The notes under the pieces are model-generated. The model did no database searches, was not told the DNA's origin, and saw nothing but the letters and a program-made list of their open reading frames with translations. The translations under genes and the position numbers were made by a program. From Bugula neritina (Eukaryota > Animalia > Bryozoa): a stretch of 64,000 nucleotides of DNA. Below are positions 26,501 through 39,926 of this stretch, in pieces. Every line of letters begins with the position of its first letter. The stretch's first letter is position 1. The stretch is from the NCBI GenBank assembly GCA_964035545.1, contig OZ037772.1:12150818-12214817 (forward strand), read 5' to 3'.

Positions 26501-29500
26501 GATATGGCGATGTTGATGCCATAAGCCAGAAGTAGGCAAAGATCTTATAACAACAACATTATAACAACAACATGATAACATAATACAGAGATTATTCACC
26601 TCTATGACAGAAGTAAAACACCTTCTCCCTACATGCTGAAGTCAGATATAATATTTATATTCACTCACCTTTGGCAGAGACTTTCCCAGACGAAGCCAAG
26701 CCTCCACCAGAGGCTCTGCTACCTGCAGGAGATCTTAGCCACTGGTAGTCATAGTTACTCGTAGCAGCGCGGCTCGGCGACCTTGACATTGCAGAGTTCT
26801 CAAGGTCAGCTTTGAGCATGTTCATCTTGTTCATGAGCTGCGCCGTGGTTTGAGCGAGTGAGTTAATCCGAGCAGACTTGGTACTGCAACGTACAGAGTA
26901 GTAGTGACTACAGAGTAGTACTCACTACAGAGTAGTACTAATTACAGGATAGTACTAACTGCAGAGTAGTACTAACTACAGAGTAGTACTAACGACAGAG
27001 TGGTACTAACTACAGAGTAGTACTAACAACTAACCTAACTTGCACTCGAGATGCCGAGTAACTTTCAGTTGAAGTTGATTCGGTACTAGTCAGCTGACTC
27101 ATCATTTTGAGGGGCGTGGCCTGTGCCTGCATTTGACGAGCCAATTGGTTGCGGTGTTTGGCCGCCTGCACCAGCTGCTCTATCTCCTCCTCAACAGCCC
27201 GGGTGCGCGCGGAAAGTGGAGAGCCAGGTTTAGATCTCGGGGTACTAGCCCTAGATCTCGGAGTACTAGCCCTAGATCTCGGGGTGGTAGCTGTAGATCT
27301 CGGGGTGGTAACTCTACTCTCGGGTCTACAGAAATATCAACTTCAGTTAATTAAATTACAAACAAACTAGCAACACCAATCACAATTGAGCATAAATGCA
27401 TTGTGAAGGTCTAGCAAAATATCAAAAGGTCTGCTAACTGTAACTGTACACACTGTAACTGTACACACTGCATGTGGATAACATAGTTCAAATAAATTAT
27501 TATGTTATCATAATTTCGCTCACATCACTCATTCAGAAAACTCTTTAGCTCTGCTGTAACATACAGATATTATAAGACAACTGCTAAGCTGTAGACAGCA
27601 GTCCAAAGTAGCTTCACTCCACTACTCTCATTATAATATACACGTAGCATTGTTTACCTTGAAAAAGGTTTAGTGGGTGTCTCGGCTCTCAAGTCAGCCT
27701 CAGTGAGGGTGGTGTCACCCTCCCCCGCCTCCTGGTCACTTAGCCTACTACACTCAGCTTCTACATCTGGCTCCGTGTGCTGCTCAACATCTAGTAAAAG
27801 AAAGAGCGGATAAATCCCAGACTTGAGACAACAGCAGAGTAAATGCTAAAAATCTTCAACACTTTCTGTCTGGAAACAAAATTAGAAATCTCAACAATCT
27901 TCAAAGAAACTTAGACTGTGAACCAACAGTACAAGGACTAAATACCTGCACGGCCGTTTACTATGTAGCTGCTGCTGCTAATGACGGGTGGTGCCCACAC
28001 AGCCCCGCTAGACATCAGTGTAGGAGCCAAGGCTGGCTTGGCTGAAGTGAATGTAGCACTGGTTGAGGTTCTGGCAGGCAGAGGGACTGTAGGTGGGGCT
28101 CTAGCCTGGGCAACCTTACTCACAGCCTTTCTGGACCTGTCCTGTAGGGACTACAAGGGGAAAACGGACCACATATAGAATACACAATCCTATTCTGCTA
28201 ATTAACTCAGGTGATAAAAGTTTCCTTGCAAACTAAAAGGCACGCAATGTTAAATTGTCACTTTTCATAGCCCGACGAATCAGTTAGCAGGTAGAAAATG
28301 AAGCTTTAGAATGACAATAGAACTCAGTCTATGTGATGTTGGTTCACTACATCAAGTACCCAGTCACCTGTGTTGCGTAATCATCAGATCTCTTAGCATA
28401 CCACTCATAGTATATATAACGACGGACATACACTGAGCTCTAGGAAGACACGAGGCAGAGTTACAATGTACAATACTCTGGAGATCTCATTGCTTACCTT
28501 CAACTTCTCCTGCCGCTCTCTTTCAGCTGCCAACCTTTTCTTCCTTTCCTCCATCTCCAACAACCTCTTCTCTTTCTTCTTCTTTGCCATAAACCTGAAA
28601 GGAGAAGAGGTTGTTGCACACAGTGAACCAAACTACACAGTTTATACAACTCATACAACACAGGACAGTGAATGAAACAATACTGAGTAGCCTGAGCACC
28701 AAACACTCACATCTGTATGGACTGAGTGTCATAGTGCCTCTGTTTGATGACAGGTGCTGGTGGCTCCACAGGCTTTGCTTTTGTCTTTCTTCTGATTGGC
28801 TGAGGCCGAGACTTGGGTTCTTCAGCTACAACGTCAGGTGAGTTGATAGAGTTGAACTGAGTCTGACTTACTCGCTCGCTCACTCGCTCACTCACTCACT
28901 CACTTGGTGTTTGAGTCAGACTATACAATCATCTTACTCCACAGTAACTAATAATTATTGCATTAAACCCCCAGATATTGTTTATACGAGGCAAATATAG
29001 TTGAACTGATAGTTGAGCCCACTAACCATGTACTCCTGGGTCTTCCTTATCTCCTTCATTCAGAGCATTCAACACTTCCTGGGCCACAGCAGGCAGCTTT
29101 TGATTGGATGACACAGACACAGCTGACCTATCAGACCTTGCAGAGTTAGGCCTGCTGTCTTCTGAAAGGAAAATATTAATTATACAATTAAACAGCTCCA
29201 CCTGTTAGCAAAAAGAATTTTGAATATAGCCTACTCCGTCAACAACCAACTTTATTGAGTCATTAGCTCTAACTAACATGCCACTTTCCTGATATATGCT
29301 GCAGTTTAGGGGTGAGAAAATCGCTTTAAGCGTTAACCTAACGTAATGACGCAATGTGCAAGGAAATGTTTTTCGTTAAATAATACAAAGTTCATTCTTT
29401 AGATGCAAATGCCATACTTCTGAATAAGAGTCACCAATGGCAGGTTCTCTTATTATATAAAACAGCAGAAGAATTAAAATAGCAACCGACATACTCTAAA

Positions 29501-32500
29501 CTCACCTCTTTCCCTGGACGGCTGACGAGAGTGCTTCTGCTTCAACTCTCTGTTCACTACAGCCATACCCTGCCTCCAGCTGTCTGGTCTGATAGTTGCG
29601 GGACGTCGTACCGCCCCCTCATCTTTCCCTGAAGCCGATGCGGATCTCAGCTTACCAGGAGTTTTGTCCACCCACTTTGGCTGTGCGTGCGACTTGGTCC
29701 AGTCAGCTGACCTGCTCCTAGGACCTGAAACCAGGTGGACACAACTCAAACTACGGCAGCTTCTAGACCTAATGACTATACAACAACTACATGGTGCTGT
29801 TGGTGATACTAAGTTCTGAAAATTCCAAGCTGTGGGGATGGGTTTTGAATAACGAGGTGTGTCCATGAATTAGTTAACTGCACTAGATCTTTTTGTAGCT
29901 AAATCTATATTTACACTTTAAATTTCTTTTGGAAATTAGTTACAAATGATTATTATACACTATTTGAGAAGTTATGAAATTGTTGACAGAAAAGACCATC
30001 TTTGCATCTAATAACAATTTAGTGCATCTAATAAAGTTTAAAACAAGCAGCAATAAAGATGTATCACTTCTACACTAACTGCTAACTACAACTTCCTACT
30101 AACTATAACTTAGTACTAACTATAACTGAATACTAACTACAACTTAGTACTAACTGCAACTTAGTACTAGCTACAACTGACTACTAACTCTAACTTTCTA
30201 TTAACTATAACTTAGTACTAACTACTAACTTCAACTGACATCAACTCACCTTCTGTTTTCAGACCAGCTGACTTTGCTGCCTCTTTCCTGGCTGCCATAG
30301 TTCTAGGCACAGACTTGGCAGCTTTTGTTGAGACTTCCGAGACAGTTGCAACCTTGCGTTTGATTGGACGAACAATGACAGATTCAGGAGAGCTGTTCAA
30401 CTCGACTGTGTCTTCTTCCGTGTGCACAGGTTTGCTCTGGATACAGTAAATACAGGGGCTGTACAATGGGCTACCCGTGGTATGTTGTTATCCTTCCATG
30501 GAACTAAGACTGAACAGAGGCTATACAAGTGGGTACCTACTGTATGTTGTAATCAGTCCAAGAAACTCAAAGTGAAAAAAACTGACTGTATTTAGTATTA
30601 AAACATAACCCACACATAATAATTGTTTTCATTTTAGAGGACTACAGAATTATAGTTAATCTAGTAGTTGCTTATATTAACATAAATTTAGAAGCCAGCA
30701 CAATATTCAAACTGTAATCTTACCAGCACCTCGGCCGATGATGAGTCACCTACAGCATTGTTGTTTGTGTTGCCAAGCAACCTGGACTGAGAGTCCTTGA
30801 CCTTACCCTCTGACTCCCTCTGCCTAGCAATCCGAGCTCTCACACTGGGGAAAGGTTCCCGCTCTGTAACATTTCATTCAACATGCTTTATTTACGCTGA
30901 AGACACATTCAGCAATCTTTTACTAGAATTCCAGCTAGTAGTTTCCAAAATAAAACAGAGAGCACAATTCCAAAAACAGACACAACAAAACAACAAGAAT
31001 CTACAAAATAAACTTTAATAAAATAAACAGTATAAATTTACAAATAAATTCTTCCAATATTTTCTTTTGAACATTTACTAATAAATGGTCGGACATTATT
31101 TGAATAACTACATTCTAATAGGCAGCACAAGTTTCCTAATACTTTTTACATTATTTTGAAGTCTACCAACAGAATGTTCTATAGCAATATGTTATTCTAC
31201 AGGAAGATATGTTAAAAAGTAATATTATTATTATTTAACTAACAAGGTGAACTAACTTTCTAATAGATATAATCTAAACTCTCAATTAATACAGAGGAGC
31301 TAGTAATCTAAACTCACCATTCAGACTAATACTCTTCAGGGTTCTCTGTAGTTTCTCAGATCTGCTACTGGGTGGTGAGCTGCAAGCCCCCTGTTCTGTA
31401 TCTCGACTCTGTTGAGAACCAAAGCTAGTGTCATGTAAACTAGATGAAGGCATGGCTAGCCTCGGAACTGTAGGTATAACAGTATCGACAGTCCGATTGG
31501 TTCTTTTGTCAGGATGTGGGCGGGACTTGGTTGGTACCGGCTCACCATCATTTATATAATGTACACTGTTCTCTAGAATAGAAAATATAGAGAAATAGAC
31601 CACAACTCAACAGTAGACATCATAGGGCATTGACTTAGATTACAAGAGAGACAATCTCCCAGTTTCCTGTCTCCAGTAGAGGAGGGCTGGCAAGTGTAGC
31701 TGAACTTACCAGCTGAGCTGTCATACTCGTATGTCTCCATTTCCTGTTGTGTTCGCAGTGACGATGACATTCGGCCCGTGTCCACAAAGTTCTCTGCAAG
31801 AAAACAGCTCAATAATTTATACAAAGAGAAGCAACTTTATGAAGATCTCAAACCTTTCCAGTCACAAATAAAAATGCTGTAAGTAACATTTAACGCTCGC
31901 CAATACTTTCCGTTGACTTAATGATGACCTGGAGATGTGTTACAATAAACATAGTCAGTCACCAAGTTGTACAGAAATTTTAAGTTTAAACTTTCATACA
32001 ATAAACTTGAAAAAATTAAATACACTCAGGTAAATCTCTGTTTAACCTCTCTAAATCTACATTAATCAAAAAGTACTTTAGCTGTTGTTTGCCATTGTAG
32101 GTACTCAAACTGACAGTTATTCATCAAGAAAAGGGTATCTACCAGTTGTCTAGCTGTCAAACTAGTTAATTAAATAAGACTATCAGAGACCACTTCGCTA
32201 TGTGAGTTTAACATCAACAGTGTGCTAACTACATGAGTCGGTAGATAGTTGTTGTGGGAAAAATAGAGAATAGATTCACTACCTCGGTTACTGACTTTAC
32301 GCTGCTCCCGTTCTCTGCCATCCGCATCTAGTCTAAGAATTGTGTTGTTTGAGGGTGGTACACGGGTGTCCCTCAAGGAACCAGCTCGTACTGATGGTTC
32401 CATGGCAAGCCGGCTGCCTTGAGATGAAACTCTACTAGTAGGTCGCTCCTGAAATACAGAACGGATAATTTGAATTTGCTATAGATTATATTAATGAATT

Positions 32501-32848
32501 GCTGATATTATTAAACAGTTTAAGAGTTATCTGCTTCTCAAACCTACTACTAAATCCGCCAGATTATATTAATGAATGATATTATTTGACAGTTTAAAAG
32601 TTATCTGATTTTAAACTTACTATTTGTTTATACACTGACTAAAAATTATTCATTTTAATGTTTGATAATAAACTAATCCATAATTAGATCGAGGGACCAG
32701 TGAAAATAAATATTGGGTTATGGAATGTTATCCTGGGCCACATCTGCTTCAAAACAGAACTTACCAATGCATGATAGTCGTTGAGTAACTCATCCATAGC
32801 CAGAGATCTCACTGTAGGCTCCCGTGTTCTCCTCCCAGATATATTCAT
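8590..32848 (-). CDS. CEP350: Centrosome-associated protein 350-like, multi-exon (~40+ exons)
   Basis: C-terminal DUF4378-like block (RRDKLDAILTQELREEELSWLDYSRDELAVKHSLTESVFQVLLDDSV; FRSLMFDLIRDML), conserved ISPAGL..QLSDVERTRFTTLAQQETVALAQILK block (~24070-24290), coiled-coil exon ASDTDQE..(~19155-19305), and Ser-rich linkers. Probable ATG at 32848; probable last exon 8590-8631. Confidence 0.8.
10070..10780. repeat. 21-bp minisatellite GAGTAATATAAGAGAGTACTA filling a CEP350 intron
   Basis: More than 30 tandem copies between exons at ~10015 and ~10786. Confidence 0.95.
17555..17748. repeat. 32-bp minisatellite containing a repeated splice acceptor
   Basis: About 6 copies of CTGTAACAGAATATTGGTGTACAGACACTCAG. 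Confidence 0.9.
18394..18910. repeat. 47-bp minisatellite, 11 near-identical copies
   Basis: Unit CAGGGAGTATCAGTATATTAGAGGATATGTCAGTCAACAGTTGGACT; abuts an exon acceptor. Confidence 0.95.
25855..26043. repeat. 53-bp minisatellite (~3.5 copies) running into a GC splice donor
   Basis: Unit AGTAGACAAGTGAGAGCAGGTACTTGAAGACTAATATAATACAGCTCTAGTAG. Confidence 0.9.
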
Positions 32849-34540
32849 TGTGGGAACTAATGCTATCTATAAAAATATACAAAATCATACATAAAATAAA
32901 TTGCCAAGAACCAATCAGTTACAGTAGAACATGCCTTATACTTCTATAAAAGTGACAGGCGTCTGGTTGACATTTTAATATAAGTATTGCAGTTACACTT
33001 ATTGCTCAGCTAGACAAGCTAATGGTTATTACTAATAGTAGTAGTAATCCTCATATTGTAAAAGTTTATTAGTTATTATTATACTAATACTTATACTTAG
33101 AGCACTAGTTGTTTAAATTTACATAACATTATTGTAATACAGAAATATAATACTTCACAGTTTATAGTTTATACTAGTAGTACTAAATTTAAATATGTAC
33201 TATAGCAACTGTAAGTGAAAACTGCAACCAAAAAGTTAATAATCATAATAATTAAGTAACTAATAGTAAGTAATACCATAATATCAAGTTTAACAATAGA
33301 ATTAAGTATAACGATAAGCTAATTTCATTATAACAAGTTCAATTATATTACTAAATTTATCAAAAATATTAATATAGCTATTATCAACTTACTTCAATTT
33401 TTCAGTCGAAGTGAACATAATGATAATCGATAACATTAATAAAATAGCATAATCATAAAGACAATATAATTTTAATTGAGGTTGAATTCGGGTAAATTGC
33501 TGTGAATTAAAATACAAATAATAATATTAGTATCAATATGAATATCATATTATTATTATTAGTAATACTATAATTATCATTGGTATGAAAAATGACGACT
33601 GATGGCACACGGACCGGGGCTGATAGTGATTGAACAGAATAGTGAGAATAGAAATCAAACCAAACCTAAACTCAAAGTCAACGTGATAACAGTGAAAAGC
33701 AAAATGAAAATGACCAAGTCTAATCACTATCACTATCAGTAATCACTAATGAGAAACAGAGCAAGACTCAGAATGAATGAATGATATTGAATTATGATAG
33801 TAAAAATCAGAATAATAATGGACACTGACAGAGGAAAACGCAGAAAGTGAAAGAATCAGAATAAGAATTACTGAAACTGAAACTGAATGAGAGTCACAGT
33901 CAGAATGAGAATGTGGGCCACTGTCAGAATGAGACTGAGTGTTACCTTTTAGATTTGCGCAGTTTTTCAACTTATTGCTTTCTTAGAAATAAATCCATCT
34001 GCATAACCATACTGGTATTAAAACTATTCGTTGAGCAGGACACTTTTTATTTTCAATGAAGTGCACGAAATAAACTAGTGAACCGCTACACTATTTAAAA
34101 AATTAAAATATAATAACAAAACATATAGCGGAAATAGCTATGGTGCCTCCAAACATGAAAGAGTCAAGCTTGCTGTTTTTCACCTCTTTTTAAAAGTCGT
34201 ATTAATAATAAAACTTTAGACATGGTAGTCGGGCGCAAAAACTTTGCGTCACCAATTATCCAATTTATCCACCACGAAGTTTGTTATGAGACAATAACTC
34301 TTAGATTTGTAGCAATTCTGTTGCTTTAAGTTCAATATGAAGAAGACTTGACCAATAATGGAATTTTAATGACTATTAGATGATATAAATATTTTATTAT
34401 AATGATTTGTTATATAAGTTCCACTTTGTGTCATCGGTCTTTAGAATTTACAGTAACAAAAATATTACTTAATTGCAGCCATTCCATGACCTAATTACAT
34501 ATAACTACTGTTTACACATTTATACCTGTGCATGAGAGGC

Positions 34541-34585
<45 letters not shown>

Positions 34586-35548
34586 ATCTCATGATATATA
34601 ATGCATATAATTAAAAAGTGAACCGCATACGTTGACATGTTCCACCAATTCTTATGATTGCAACAAATTTATAATGAACAATCAGGTAGAATAATTATAT
34701 TAAGTATTGAAAACAATTAATTACCATGCAGCAATTAAAATAGCGAGGATTGTGTAAATTCACAAATTTCCTTACACAGCTTGCATTTCCCAGTGTATTC
34801 TTATTATCTTTGATTGTAAAATGCTACATATGTTATATAGCTGCATATATGACAATAACAAAACGACATGATAGAACAATTCCAAGATACATGAATTCAT
34901 AAACTTCTAGTCAACAGATCAACAAACAGTTTTATGTATTTGCATGAGGATTTTACTAAAAAAACAATATAAAATAGCACATCTGAAAGATATAACATCT
35001 AGCACCATAATATGTTAAAGAATATGAGAATCTAAAACAATAATAAAGTACAAATGTTTTAGCTTATTACTAACAGTATAGTAACAAATATTATTAAAGT
35101 ATAATTGAACAGAAAACATTGACAGTTACTAATTGCTTTTCGAAAGCTGCATTTCTTACAGAAATTGCAAATCAAATATTTCCTATTGATATAAGATAAT
35201 GCAAGTGATTGACTCTGACCATGAAAAGGTTTAGTGAGCCCGCCCACTTTCCTAGTGAGTCCGCCCACCATTCAAAAAGTAAAAATATCAATTTTTTATA
35301 AACCCAACATGACCTAACCAGTGCATAGATTCAGCACTTATAGAGTGTCAGTGTTTGAATCAATTCAAATAGTCTCTGGGAGAACTTCATAATTAAAATC
35401 ATTTGTAGACCATTGACCATTGACACAATAGAAATACGTTTGCTGGACTGTTACTTGATGTATCAATTATCAATTATCAATATTACTGTTACAATGTATC
35501 TTCATGATCTAATCTTGCATTGGGTGATCTCATGGGTGTGGCTTCTCC

Positions 35549-37885
35549 TCATTTAGACACGCCTCCAGTGTTATTTCTAGGAGTTGTCACACCAGCTGCA
35601 GTAGTCTCTGTAATGTTGTCAACTGCATCTATAGAAAAAACATATAGAATATCAAAAAACTGTTTTAATTATATTTTATTTATATTAAAAAAAAGCTTCA
35701 ATTGAATTCTGTACAAAATTGTTTAACCTCATGTATGCAGCTTCAATTTTTAATTTAACAATAATCCAGGAATACTCGTTCATGTGTAGCACCCTTCTTT
35801 AAAAATAGCTGAGAGCATCTACTTATAATTCAAGAATAAATCATATTAATATGGCTGAATACATGTTACACAGTTACCTATGTCATGATTGGTGCGGTAG
35901 TTGTAAGGAAATGATGAGCCAGTCCTGGACGTAGCTCGCGACATTGATGAGGTCAAGGAGAGTCGCTCACTTTCCACAAGTAATCGTTCCGAGAGCACCT
36001 GGTAACAGATGAAATATATCTGATTAACATCAATTGACTTTAAAATTCAATACTATAAACTAACTTTTTTCATCTATAACGTTTAGTTCTTGTGACTGGG
36101 TGAGAACTATTATATTTATTAGTTCGGCGATATGCTTTTCTACATAGCAAGAGGAAAAGCAGTAACTGTGTTAACAAAGAAAAAATGCTGGAATGGTATG
36201 GGCATGTATGTAGAAGAGAGATAAGGGGAGTTGGCCACTCAGTGGAGAAAGAGAAGACAACCTATAAACATTGGATAGAAAGCATAGAAATTGATAAGCA
36301 AGGACACAGACTACAGAGTTAGAGAGAGATCGCTGCATGATCAATTCAGAATAACCTGCGTGTAATTGCATCACTATACTGATAGTATAAGATTTGATAA
36401 AACACGATATAGTAGAATACAATAGGATGAAATATGATGAGATACAGAACACTATATTTGCAGAACGCTTCTATTTTCTATAAATGCTAACCTCGGCTTC
36501 TCCCATTTGATTGAGCAACTTTTTACGAAGATTTCTTTCCCTCCGTTGACGAGCTTTTTTCAACTCAGATGGCGACCGAGATGAGGATGGTGTATTGAGT
36601 TCGTCATTAAAAGCGACTCGTTTGACGGACTTGTTGGTCTCCGTTCTGTCTGTTACATCAGAGATTGCTGGAGAATGTCTACCCGTGTGACCTTGAGGGG
36701 TCACATATGAGTCATTGCTCGAATTGTTAGTAGGAGAAACTTTAATACTCTTTCTTAGTCTGGATGAATGGTGGCCATGATATTGAGTTTGTACGCCATT
36801 TTTATCTTTAGTAGTTTTTAAAGATGCTGATTGTCTATTTTTTGTTTCACCTTCAAATAAAGAATATAAAATCTTAGTTACATAAATTATATGTAATAAT
36901 TTACATTTATTGATTAAAAAATGTTATTAAGTTGAAGATGATGTAAATTATAATTTCTTTATGCAGTTAAAGTAAGTATAATTTCTTTTCAAACTTCTAC
37001 ATAGTAGATTATATAAAATCATTTCAACTGATGAGTTATGATACACTTCTTTATAAATGTCTGGGTAAAATATAAACTGACTATTTGATCTCATTTACGT
37101 AAATATTTATTAATTTACCATAATTTGCTTTTATCAAACATAGAGTAGTCAATATTTAGCTTCTGTTGTTGCAAAATTGAGCTCACAAATATTTCTTTTC
37201 CCCAACAATATTATAAACAAGCAGCTGCAGTCACTCACAACACTAATCAGTATTTACTACTAAAGCAAATATTACTAGAATGTATATTATCAGCCCACAT
37301 AACCCACCATATAAACTCCACGTAACCCCTTATGTCTACAGTATAATATGTATATATCTATAAGTACTGCAGCCATGTGATGTCACAGTTAGTCAGGATA
37401 AACAATATTTGTTGAGGCTCCTGATCCCTTATTAATACTAAGGCATTACAGCACTGAGGGTTCAAGCCCTGCTGCAACAGTAAAGCACTACTGTTGGGGC
37501 AATCTTCAATGTATTGAAATACACGATGAGCAGATTGGGGTTCTATTGCATGCGACTACATGCATACTAGTAGCTGTCTTAAATGATCATGACTGCAGCT
37601 TTGTCATAGTATGGCAGTTGAAACACTAAAAAGCAAACTGAAAAGCCTACATGTTGAATATAAACATACTAAATCTATATAAATAGATAAACAAGTCAAT
37701 AGAAACATGTATAATTCCTGAAAGTTATAGCTCATTGTTTATATAAAGTCTTATTATGAAAAAAATATTTTCAGATTTTGACCTTGAAAAATTGACTTTT
37801 TAATTTATAATTAAAATTATACTTTAACTAAACGACAAAACCAGAACCTACCTTTGTTATTTTGTATGGAAGTCGTGCAGCCCAT
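35549..37885 (-). CDS. Uncharacterised 197-aa disordered protein with N-terminal MGCxxS and KRVAF motifs; exons 37885-37852, 36850-36492, 35998-35878, 35628-35549
   Basis: Four GT-AG exons (34+359+121+80 = 594 nt) join into one stop-free frame: MGCTTSIQNNKGETK...KSVKRVAFNDE...KKARQRRERNLRKKLL...GGVSK*. Confidence 0.75.
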
Positions 37886-39926
37886 TGGATGGTGTATTGT
37901 CACAGCACCTGTATCTGAGTATCACAGCCAGCTTCTTTGTATATAGAGATAATTCTGCGTGCAAGCACTAATCTTGAATGGCAATATTATTTATATATAA
38001 CTTTCCATTTGCAAACACCAATGATTAGTGTCACCTTTTCATGTAGTTCCATCTACAGAAGCATAAATCTCTAGTGTGATTGTTTTCAACTTGTTATAAC
38101 ATTGACATTATTGTATTTCCCGTGACAATATAATAACCTTCTGTTATTCTACAATGAAAGAGTGTGATAACAACCTATATATTGTAGATGAATACTGGCA
38201 TATATTGAATTGAAAGTGTTTTACTTTTTAGTATGTTGACTATTCTAATAATCAATATTCAATTTCTTTAACACATATTCTATTACATGTCAATGTGTAT
38301 AGATTAAGCTAGTTACTGTGCTAAACTTTTAAGAAATTATTAAAATTTTAAATTATTCTTTTTACAGCATAAGATGCATGTGTTCTACTTGTGTCAAAGT
38401 TCTATACTCTTGCATGCATCGATGTGGGAAATATATTTGAATTGCTATTAAAAAAATCAAGAAAGAATTAGACACTGTAAAAAATTAATCAACCCTATTG
38501 ATTTAAAATGATTGGTATTAAACTTAATCAACATCAACATAAAGTGATAAACATCACTTTGAGTTTCAGTTTGAATAAGAACTCGAAGGTGAACATCAAA
38601 TAATCATTAATATGAAAATAAGAGTTAGTTACAGTCACAATAAATTCAAACTGCTATAATAGTACTTACTGTTTTTTTCGTAAACTTTGAAATTTTACAA
38701 CCATAAACGGTGGGTCTTGTAGCTAAATGAAAAAGTACAATGATTAGAAACTAAATATTTACAATTAACGTTATTCACAGCTGGTCACACTTTACAGTTT
38801 ATTCGTTGGTAACTTAGCTGCGAGTAAACATTTGAACTTTGAACCCAATGAGCTCTCCTCAAATATTGGTGATAGTTTGTAATGGATCAAAACGAGCCGT
38901 GAACGAATTTGATATAATATATCCGTTTCCGCATAGAGTCGTTCTCAACTCAATCTCAACTTGAACTTCAGTTTATTTTTATTTCCAAGCCCAATGACTG
39001 AGTAAAACTGAGTATGTAATCTTTATATTTTAGTATTAGGCTTGACATAAAAAGGCAGCTCTTGTATCAGTGGTAAGCGTTCAAATTTTCTTTCGCTCTA
39101 TTAAATTTAATTTTAAACCATTTCAATTTGGCTTTGCCTTTGGGCTTGGCTATGACTATGACTATGAGTATGAGTATGAGTATGAGTATCACAGTGACAG
39201 TATCAGTGTGAGTATCAGTATCAGTATGTGAATCATGAAATTGAATGTCCTGGCTCAACTGTATCAGATTATCACTATGAATTATGAGTATCATTATCAG
39301 TAAGAGTATCAGATCAGTATGAATATGGCATTGAGTTTGACTATCAGTTAGCGTTATCACTATGACTATCAGTACGAGTATGAGTGTCAGTATCAGTATA
39401 CTCATAATCATACCGTATAGTATATATAGTCTTACAGTTAGTGTTACTGTTACAGCAATTAGTTTGTAACAATAATTAATGTTATTACTAATAATTATAA
39501 TAGGAAGGAGTAATAATAATAAACATAAGGAATAATAGTAATCCTTGCGAAAATCAAAATACTGTAGCAGTGTAACAGGTAGACTTAATGATAGTCTGAT
39601 GCCACTAGAAAACCTAAGGCCAATGGATGCGTGAGTATGGCTATGTGTATTTTCAATTAAAGCTTTCTGAGGTCATTTTACTGTAGTACTTGTAAGTAGT
39701 ATTGTTATCATCACATGTTTATAATTCAAAACTTCAAGCCTCTCATTGTTGATATTCATTAAATAATGCTGCTGATTACATCATTGTATGCTAAATTGTT
39801 TGTAGGTTTTGAGCTGACTGACAAGAATTCCAATTCATTACATTCCTCCATCTTATGCTAGTCCCAAGTTCTGCCAGTGTCAAACTGACCGAGTTAGCAA
39901 TGTGAATTACAGCGAGTCAAGTTAAA

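Noticed and set aside
35549-37885. Treating these exons as the 5' part of CEP350
   Set aside because: The frame terminates at TGA 35549-35551, and CEP350 has its own ATG exon (32848) and promoter-like region near 33-34 kb.
39067-39411. Hydrophobic 114-aa ORF resembling a membrane protein
   Set aside because: Product of the degenerate hexamer repeat tract (ATGAGT/ACTATG).
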